The notes under the pieces were generated by a model. It had not been told where the DNA came from, made no database searches, and worked only from the letters and a program-made list of their open reading frames with translations. Shown here piece by piece: positions 53,408 to 64,000 of a stretch of DNA of 64,000 nucleotides (its first letter is position 1; the number at the start of each line of letters is the position of its first letter). Both the position numbers and the translations under genes were made by a program. The stretch is from Tubiluchus corallicola. Its lineage: Eukaryota; Animalia; Priapulida. The stretch is taken from assembly GCA_030141605.1 (NCBI GenBank), contig JAQGDQ010001014.1, forward strand, positions 1 to 64,000, given 5' to 3'.

Positions 53408-54987
53408 TTTGTTGAGGCTGAGCAGGAAGTTAAGGCTGAGCAGTGTATGAATGGGTGCCCACCGTGTTCAATACTCGCACTGGGATGTTTCATTCGTCTT
53501 GTTTCTGACTATTTACCACGTAGAGGTAGCATGCATTCACAGCCAAACGTAACTAAGACACTTCTGCTGATTCAGTGGCTCATGTTGGAGGCTTGTTCTT
53601 GGTAATAAGCTAGCTTCCGGTCTTGCCACGAAATTAACGCTGAATAGTCTCAACTATTGACTGCTCAACTGATGGTTCAGCTGCTCATTATGGAGGCTTA
53701 GGTTTTGGTCTCGCCACAAGTATTAACGTTGATTAGTGTGTGCTGTTGAATGCAGGATTCCACATTGCAATATGCCAAAGTTTGCCACTCAACATTACTG
53801 TTTGCTTCATACAAACGTCATACAGGGTGTACCATAAGTCACTATACACTTTACGTTTTGTTTCGTGTTTTTAAAAATCAGTTTTCGTTTTTGCAAACAC
53901 GTGCAACGCGTTCATGGAATGTTTTTGCTGTTGAAAATTATGTCAATTTGTGATGTCATCAATACTTGGGTTGAACCGTTAAGTAACATTTTAGTCTATT
54001 ATTTATTTATCAGAAACCACTCTAGGTGCTAAAATATATATATATATATATATATATATAATACTTTTTACTGTACTTCAAAATGGGACAGGATGTGAAA
54101 ATTATACTGTTTTTCTTTAAGTCTGAGTAATAACTTTAGTCTCTTCTCTTGCTTTTACCATTTTCACATCATCAAATCTTAAACGTTCGCCATGACTCGT
54201 TCACATATTAACCGCGCATTCTCCTGACTCATTTTTCTCATTAAACTTGCGCCTTTCAAGAGTGCTGCTGGCTGCATGCATGGTTAACGGTGTTTAATGC
54301 TCTTATTAACTGCCATAGTTCATTCACAGTCACGAATGTGGCGCCTCTATGCGGCGGGGACCCGAAAACATTAACGAAAACCAAAGTGATCAGTTTTACG
54401 ATCGCTGACGGAAGCACAAGACGCGCGTCTATACGTGGCATTTTCCTATACATATCGCCCCAAACAAGCCAAATGGCACTCAAGGTATAAGCTATACATT
54501 ATATAATGCTAAATCTTTGTTTCTCAATTTAAAACAGACGAAAACAATAAAATTATTGCATATTTATCCTTCAGTGACATCAGGGCTGAATTCTGGCCTT
54601 TAGAGTCCCTAAGCCAATGAAATTATGGGACCCCCTCAGACGGAACCACACTCTAACTTGCCCATACCTGTCTTGAACATTATTGAATATTTTTACCCGT
54701 AAATATTTTAGCGGCCTTTGCGTACCTTATTACAAAGTAAACTTATTACAAATTCTTTAAATAAACTAGAATAGCTTCTTTTGTTTGTCAATCAAAACGC
54801 TCATTAAGAAATGTTGTTATTTACTAATTATTGCAAACCAAATTAGCACATATTTCAGTACAACCACAGTGAACTTCGGACGTTATCAAAGCTTGAGGTC
54901 CCCAACCTTGTGTGGCTCGAGGCTGCCTCCTATACTAGCCTATATCTAATTCAGCCTCGAGCGACAATGGTTTAAAACCTACATTAC

Positions 54988-55934
54988 TTAAAGGAAAACC
55001 GGACGATTGTTTAGATTGAATGTCATTATAATTTACTGTCCAAAATATACATTTTCTTGTCTATAAAAGTTAGCAATTGCTCAAAATATACATTTCCTTG
55101 TCTATAAAAGTTAGCAATTGTTCAAAATATACATTTTCTTGTCTATAAAAGTTAGCAATTGCTCAAAATATACATTTCCTTGTCTATAAAAGTTAGCAAT
55201 TGTTCAAAATATACATGTCCTTGTCTATAAAAGTTAGCAATTGTTCAAAATCTACCTTATCTTGTCTATAAAAGTTAGCAATTGCTCAAAATATACATTT
55301 CCTTGTCTATAAAAGTTAGCAATTGTTCAAAATATACATTTCCTTGTCTATAAAAGTTAGCAATTGCTCAAAATATACATTTTCTTGTCTATAAAAGTTA
55401 GCAATTGCTCAAAATATACATTTCCTTGTCTATAAAAGTTAGCAATTGTTCAAAATATACATGTCCTTGTCTATAAAAGTTAGCATTTGTTCAAAATCTA
55501 CCTTATCTTGTCTATAAAAGTTAGCAATTGCTTCTTATATTTGTATAATTAGCTTAGAAAGTTAATTAACGGCTACCGAACACAGCCATTGCTTACGTCA
55601 GAAACTAACCACAGTTTGCACAATGGCAGGCATTTTCACTTGCACGTCAAGCACGTTTGCGTAAGTGTTACTGCTTAAACGGGTGATGTCATGAAAATGG
55701 GGTCTACGTCATATCACGTCAGAAACTAACACTGCAGTTCATGATCATGGTTATCATGGTACTGCCTTTTATTTGTCGGCCATGCGAATGAGATAAAAAG
55801 GCGCCGTTGCCAATCTTAGTAGATTCACTGAGCCGCGCGTAGCTTAGAAAGTTTAACGAAATTTGAGTATCCGAGGTAATTATTATTTAATTTAAGCTTT
55901 GATATAAAAAAGCTTTTGTTCGGTTGTTCTTTAA
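54988..55934 (-). mobile_element. Family A MITE with 41-bp array, mirror of 14298-15244
   Basis: Reverse complement copy. Confidence 0.8.
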
Positions 55935-57239
55935 TGGTGAAGTCAATTGATGCAAAAAACACAAGTGCAAATTAAAATATTAAAATTCGATGTAAAATTA
56001 AAAATGCACGCAGTTAGACTCATCACCAGAGATCTTGTACAATATCAGTTCACATAAAATAATCAAAAATACAATACACAGTTAGTACACAATAGTTTAA
56101 GTAAGTTTTTCTCAGAGCTACATTTGAAATAAAGAACAAAATTGACTGTGATACAACAAAGTTTAATTTGTGTATCAAAATGAAAAAAAACTTTAGATTG
56201 AATAAAATTATGCTAAAATTATTCTTTCATCAGTAAGGATAAAGGGTTACAGAGAAAAGTAAAAATATGAATATATGTCCAGAGAAATAAAATGCATACT
56301 ACTAATATGCTTTTGATAGTAGGCGGCGCTGCTTCTAACCAAGAGCACCTGTTGGTGCTCTTCTTGAATTGAGTGAGATTGTAGTTTTCAGGGAAACAAC
56401 TTTTTGGTAGAGAATTCCAGAGATAAGAAACCCGAGAAAAAAAGAGATGCTGTCATTTTTCTGCGGTTAACGACTTCAATACGTTTGTTAGATAGGCCTG
56501 TGTAGTATGTATACATGCCGAAAACAGCTTATAATCAAGAGACATATAGGATTGTAATCAATAATGCGCGAACATTCTACATAATTTCTGTTTACTGCAT
56601 GTTTTACTCGCTTCTTTAACGATAGTAATACGTTGATCAAAAGACAAAGCATACTTACATACGGAAGGCAGTTTATGAGCGAAGAATACATAAAATTGTA
56701 ATCAATAATGCTCAAACATTCTACAAAGTACCTGTTTATTATTCTTGTCCCTTTGTATGTTCCATCAATAAGACAGGCTATAATCCGTCAATTGTAACAT
56801 TATAGTGTTCAGCACTATACATACAGTCTTGTTTCCTCAAGCAGCACATATGTAGCACATGGGACATGGCTATTATTCATCGATATTCTTTATTGCTGAA
56901 CACATGTGTAGAGAGCTTATAAATTCTGATGTTAATGACACCTTATAAAATCGAGCTTAATTAAATTCAATAATAAAATTTCTTCAGGACAAGTAGTAGC
57001 GTTTCGCGAATTCTTGGTTATAGTAAACGTTTATATGACGTCATACAACGTGGCTGGAATTAATTTATGTGATAGAAGCTCATGAAGCCACTGTGACATG
57101 CTTTCAGCCGGTCACGTGACACCCAAAACCGCTAGTCATATTTATAAGGGCAAACAGGGCTTTATCCCATATCATTTTGCAACATCTTGTTACACTACAT
57201 TCATTTAATTTCTTTGATGCTTGCTCATATCCATTAAAT

Positions 57240-57400
57240 ATAGCTGTGTCATCAGCATCCTAGGTTATTTTAATATTATGTTGAAGAAATTAATATTATT
57301 TATATAAATGAGAAATAATAGAGGCCCAAGGATCAAACCTTGAGGTACTCCATAGCTAACTGTTTCCTCAGAGGTAATTGTGACATTACATCTGACAGAT
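57240..57400 (-). mobile_element. LINE reverse transcriptase fragment, mirror of 12830-12990
   Basis: GVPQGLILGPLLFLIYIN on the minus strand. Confidence 0.83.
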
Positions 57401-59596
57401 CTATAATAATTACCAGAAAGATGTTTAAAAACGTAATTAAGTGATAACGTCACAAGTGGGGAAACCATTCCAACAGGAGAAACCTTTGATGGGCATTTTT
57501 GCACGTGTCTGCGTTGTTGTGTGACACTAGCGAAGAAACATAAAAATTGGCCTTTTAAGGCCAAAATTTCAAATTTCAATTTTCATTGCTGGATATGATA
57601 TAATGAGGTTGTCATGACGTTATAAATTATTTGTGTTTTCTATTAGGGAGATGAAGGGTTTTTAGAAAAGCAGATGCAAAAACAGGCGCCCATCTAAACA
57701 TCAAGGACTAAGAGCGTGCAATAATGAAAAACTGTATCGGTTAATGACTTTGCCATGACAGAGAATGTCTTGGGTTCGAGTCCCAATATAGTGAAAATTT
57801 TGCGAGTTTCAAATTTAACATGGTTTCATGAATTTACCTGATTAATACTATTGCGCTGAATTAGAATTTACTCATTTTATGAATTAAATGCCACAATCAT
57901 TGCGTTTAACTTCCAAATTATTTGTTCTTGCCAGTGTTATAGTTTCTTGCCACAATATGGCGCTTGAACTCAGAAATTTTCACGAAGGAGTTAGTCAACA
58001 TACACTTAATTTTGTTGGTATAAGTGTATTAGTAACAACAAATAAACATACAAACTAATAAACAAACAAACAAACGAACGAACGAACGAACAAACAAACA
58101 AACAAAAAACTTTAACATCATTATTACGCGTACATTAATAATGTGGACGGAGCTTTGCTAGAAGTGAAGTTCTTGGTTATAAATTGCATATGTGGAACCT
58201 AAACAAACTGCAATGCAGAAACACTTAGGTTGTCTGGTTGGCTTGTCGTATCAAAAGTAAATTGATTTCATTTATCCATTGTAATTATCGTCCTATTAAA
58301 CGAAAATAAAAACGAAATTAACCATTTCTATGTAACTCTGTGGGCGGAGTTTTGCTAACACGAACATTGAAGAAGTGAGCTCTATGAGGCGGCTGACAGC
58401 TATAGTATCTGTGTAAAACCTAACGAGTGTGCTAAAAATAACCTACAACCTACGAGTCCCGTTAATTCAAATCAGTTAGTCATATATTTTCAAAGCAGAA
58501 GCTTAGCCTTGCTTACTGCATCTGTTCAACATACACATATAACATTCAATTTTTTAATTTGAAAACGACGGTAACGGTACGAATTTCCGGCGTAATGTCA
58601 TTCCAAATATATGTTACATTTTATATTTTTATATAGTATTTTATAGAAAAATTGCAATAAATTATAGAAAAAGTGACAGCGGAATGTAGCAGAGTGACTA
58701 ATATCTCTGTGTTATATGTATGAGTTTTATGTATGAATATGAAAATTTAAATTAAAAATTAAATTCAGAATAATGACGGAGGCAGGTTGTACACAAATAT
58801 GGCTGTCTGAATATTATTAAAATTATAATTGTTTAAACATCTCAGTTGTAAAAAGAGTGGAGTGAAGCAGCATGTTTAAAGTAAAGCAATACTTTGTAAA
58901 TGCTAAGCTAAGTACATAAAATTCATAACATATAATATGTTGCTTACGTTACGTAGCTGTATTGGAGATATATCCAATATTAGGCCTACACACAGCACAG
59001 CGTGGTGCTATAGGCCTATATTTTTTTACCTTTTTTCTTTCTTTTTTTGCTATTCACATGTATATTCCTAGTCTCTTTACAGATATATGTTATAACTTCC
59101 ATAAAACAAAAAGTTGATAACTATTACTTCTCTTAAAGTTGCTGATTTAAATTTCGTCTCACAATGTTTAGCTAATCTGATAACCATGATTCATTTTAAA
59201 TTTTATCTTGCAAAAGTTGTTTTTCTGAACATTAAAATTTTCTCTTTGATATGATTTTGTGTTTTGGACCACATATAATTATGCTTCTTGTTTGACTATA
59301 TTTAGGAACGACTTGTTTTTGGTTTTTTGTTTTTGCTGTTGTTGTATTTTTGTTTTTTGTGTTTATGGACGTTTGTGTATTTTTTAATAGTTGTGTTCTG
59401 CTTTCATTAGCGTCTTTTTGTTTACTGTCTTTCTGAGAAGGGTAGTTGACTTGCTAACCTTTGATTTTTCGCCACCATTTCTCTCATGTTCATTTGTATT
59501 TTTGTATATATTATTGTTAAATTAATGTAAATTTATGGTGAAAAATAAAAAATTACTTACTTTACTTATTTACTTACTTACTTACTTACTTTCTTT

Positions 59597-59692
<96 letters not shown>

Positions 59693-60784
59693 TTTACTTA
59701 TTATAAAAATTGTCGATCTAAATACGATTAATGGTAAAAGATGCTCAACTTACAAAATCGCGTGTTTTCGGGAATTTCTGTAAAAACCAAAAGGCTCGCC
59801 ATTTAAAAGCAAACTCCTTTCAATTGCTCCTGAGAATTCTACATGTGGTTCAGGGTCTGCTGCCACTGTCTACTGTGTTGTACTAACACACCACTACTAA
59901 TCGAAGCAATTATTATAATCCTTCTTGTCAACTTTGCCTCAAATGTTCTATTAGAGCAACGCTTTCACCAATTTTAAGTCTTAATTCGGCAATATATTAC
60001 ATGTAAATAAAAAGGCTGCAAAAATTCTGAGAAAGTGTGTAGGAAATTCAAAATGGCCGCTACAATGTCACCAAATAGTCATTTTACTGATTACTTTGAA
60101 TTGTTTTCCATATTTATATAATAATTATATACAATTATATAGACATCGAATAATATAATGAATGTGAAACATAATAGCAGCAGAAACATTGAAAAAAAGC
60201 AAAAAGATGGGGAAATTGCAGCGTCATAATTCAAATTAGTTTGACCAATCAGTTTTCATTTGAGGCGCATTATGGTCACGTGCTTATATGCGTCATTTTG
60301 CTTTTCATGAGTTCGGGTCATACAGTCATTTTTCGTGAGAGTAGTTACTCACATAAACAGTCATTTTATTGAGTACGGCCATTCACATATACACTCTTTT
60401 TCTTGAATACAGTTACTTACAGATACAGTTTTTCTCGTTTACTGCAGGATTTCACAGGTCAATTTCACAGTCAAAACCAGATAATTTTCTAAAAATTTCC
60501 TATTTTTCTCGAAATCCCAAGCGGCAAAAAAGTTCATTTCACAGTGAAAGCACCGCGGTTTTTTCCCCCGCGTCCAGTTAGCAACTTTACGAGTTTTATG
60601 CTGTATAATCATATCTAAATTAAGTTATACTTGCTGTATTCCTCATCTACGAAGTATAATTGATAATGTTAGTCAATGTAATGTCAGTAACCTGTTTGTT
60701 TTTAGTAAAGTTCTACTAACCATTTCAAAATAAGTATTCGCGTGCGTTATTTTTCTTTTTCAAAAGCATAGCATCAATGTTGCA

Positions 60785-61232
60785 TTAACCCTTTCATACC
60801 CGTTGTATCCCGTGGGATACGAGAAAATTTTCTGCCTTTAAAATTAATAAAATTTTAAAACTGACAGTTATTTGATCTGTTAATAGTTATTTTGATTTAA
60901 GCAAATAACAATAGACTAAAAATGGTGATAAAATGGCAAACTAGAAAATCTACATAGCATAAAAAACTGCGCAAGGTACAGTAGTTTAGAGACGACTTTG
61001 TACAGATCAGCATAGCGTGCATAATTAAATGTCTTAAATACTTTAAAAAATTATCAGCATTTGCAAAATGAAGCACATTTTTTGCTTTTGTTGTGTTTTT
61101 AAAAAAGTCGGACTTTGTTTTTTTGCATATGGCAAAGAATGCTGTGTATCCCACAGGATACATTGGGAACAAAAGTACCAAGCTAAAAAAATTTTCCTTA
61201 TTAAAAAAATAATTTGGGACTGAAAGGGTTAA
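60785..61232. mobile_element. piggyBac-like MITE, mirror of 8999-9446
   Basis: TTAA-CCCTTTCA ... TGAAAGGG-TTAA. Confidence 0.8.
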
Positions 61233-62019
61233 TAAAACATAAAATCATCGGTCTGTTAAAAGACAGATCGAGTCTTATAATTTTATGCTGCAAAGTGTTA
61301 ATTCTTGTTTGTTAAATAAGAAAGAAGGATTCCTCACGAAAATGGAACTTGTAGTGCTTCTACCAAGTGGCAAAATTTTCTCACGAGGAGGATGCATAAC
61401 TTCTAGCTGGCAGCAGAATTTTTCACGAGAAACTGCACAAGGAATTTTGCCGCGGGTCTTCACTGTGAAATGCCCCCATAGAAAACAATGAGTTCCATTT
61501 TCGTGAGGAACGCCGCAAGGAATTTCTCCTCGAGAAATTTTGCCGCGCGTCCTGAGTGTGAAATGGGCCTAAGACGTTGGCAAGTAACCCGCGCGATTTG
61601 CTGACACTTTCTTTGCTAAAAAGGCCGCTACAAATGCAATATCTGTGATGACAAATTAAATTTATACATTTCTAGAGTTATGGAAAAATAACGAACGTTA
61701 TTTACAGCGAAAATAGGAAAAATTTAAGGCTAGTAAACAAAGAAGAAAGAAAATAAACAACAAAACAAGATCTGTAGAAGCGCCGCATAGGAAAGAAAAT
61801 AAATACAGAAAACGAACTCTTTGTGCTAAAATTTGTCAACAAAATTAAGCCATTAGTTAGTCTGTTTTGGATGTTTGCCAGAAAATTTAATAGCAAGATG
61901 AACACCACCTGTTACAGCAGGTTTTCGTTGTGCTTAAAGGCTTTAAAGCATTAATTTTCTGATTTCTTTTGAATGCCAGATGAACAGATGTAAAAAAAAA
62001 TCAAAAAGGATTTCAAAAT

Positions 62020-62959
<940 letters not shown>

Positions 62960-63290
62960 TCCTAGTGTTAAAATCGAAGCATGGATTGGAACTATCCTGT
63001 TATGAAGGAAATCTTTCATTGACTCCTTTGTAAATATTGTAATAGGAAATTTTATTATTAACATAATTATGTTGTAATATAAAAATACTTTAAATAATTT
63101 GCAAAACTTAGCTCATTTTTTCTGTATGGAAATTTTTAATGCTATAAAATTCATTTATAAACTAAGCATAGATGTGCTCACATAGAGGTAAATATCCTCA
63201 ATAATCATTATCACAAATAGTAGCTCTTGGTTAATTAATGATTTTGCATCTAGAGAAAATGGTTTTAATGGCGGCAAGTGTTAACTCAAA

Positions 63291-63892
63291 CAGGGGCGTC
63301 GTTCACCAAAAAAAATTAGGGGGCCTGACTGCATATAATGGCCGAACTTAACTGTTTAAAAAACGTATAATTTTGAACTCCCACACCAGTATTTTGCGTG
63401 CAAGAAAAACGATTTATTTATTCCCAACTGGCATTTAACTTAAAGCTACAGAAATTGAATTAAAATTAAAAATTACTTGACTGTTGATAATGACTAAATT
63501 TTTTCTAAGTGTAAGGAGACGCACCACAATTTAATCAGAGAGAATCGGCTTTCTAATCCAGCTAACACTGCAAGTGTTTATATAGGAAAGGGGGAAGCAA
63601 TATCATTGGTCCAGTGCAAGGGGCCAATGGCCAATTACCTGGCAGCATAGTCACGAGAGCACGAGAGCAGAAGATAATCAATGCAACAATTAGACATTAG
63701 ATTCAATCAATAATCATACCGATGTGTATATATAATCGCATATCATGCCTACAGTGGGAGATTTTACCGTTCCTCAAAATTTTACACCTTATTGGTCTTA
63801 TTACAAGCCGCCGAAACCCTTAAAATTTTTAACATTTTATAAACAATGGGGGGGGGGTAGGCCCCTCGGGCCCCCATAGCACGACGCCACTG
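63291..63892. mobile_element. hAT-type MITE, mirror of 6339-6940
   Basis: CAGGGGCGTCG ... CGACGCCACTG TIRs with 8-bp TSD. Confidence 0.75.
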
Positions 63893-64000
63893 AACTGAAA
63901 TATGGAGAGAGAAGAATTTATCGTGACTTGCGTTTTGGATGGAAACGGAAAACAAACAAAATCTTTGCAATTAAACACATTTAGATCTACCATCTTCACT

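Overview
AT-rich, repeat-dense animal (invertebrate-like) genomic DNA, not prokaryotic. The dominant structure is a giant inverted repeat (palindrome). Bases ~6231-34190 are the near-identical reverse complement of ~36080-64000, so each arm is at least 28 kb and the right arm runs off the window. A ~1.9 kb non-palindromic spacer separates the arms. Each arm carries the last two coding exons of a two-pore-domain K+ channel (K2P/KCNK, invertebrate TWK-like). The two copies have identical translations and face each other 3'-to-3'. I could not find the 5' exons in the window. A TTAA-flanked MITE with long TIRs lies almost exactly on the symmetry axis. Left of the visible arm is an intronless S1 serine protease with a predicted C-terminal membrane anchor and an unusual S1 pocket. 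The remainder is TTAA-type MITEs (Kolobok/T2-like and piggyBac-like), a hAT MITE, LINE and SINE remnants, microsatellites, and minisatellites, two of which clearly derive from MITE sequence. All alignments were done by eye. Whether the palindrome is real or an assembly artefact cannot be settled from the sequence alone.
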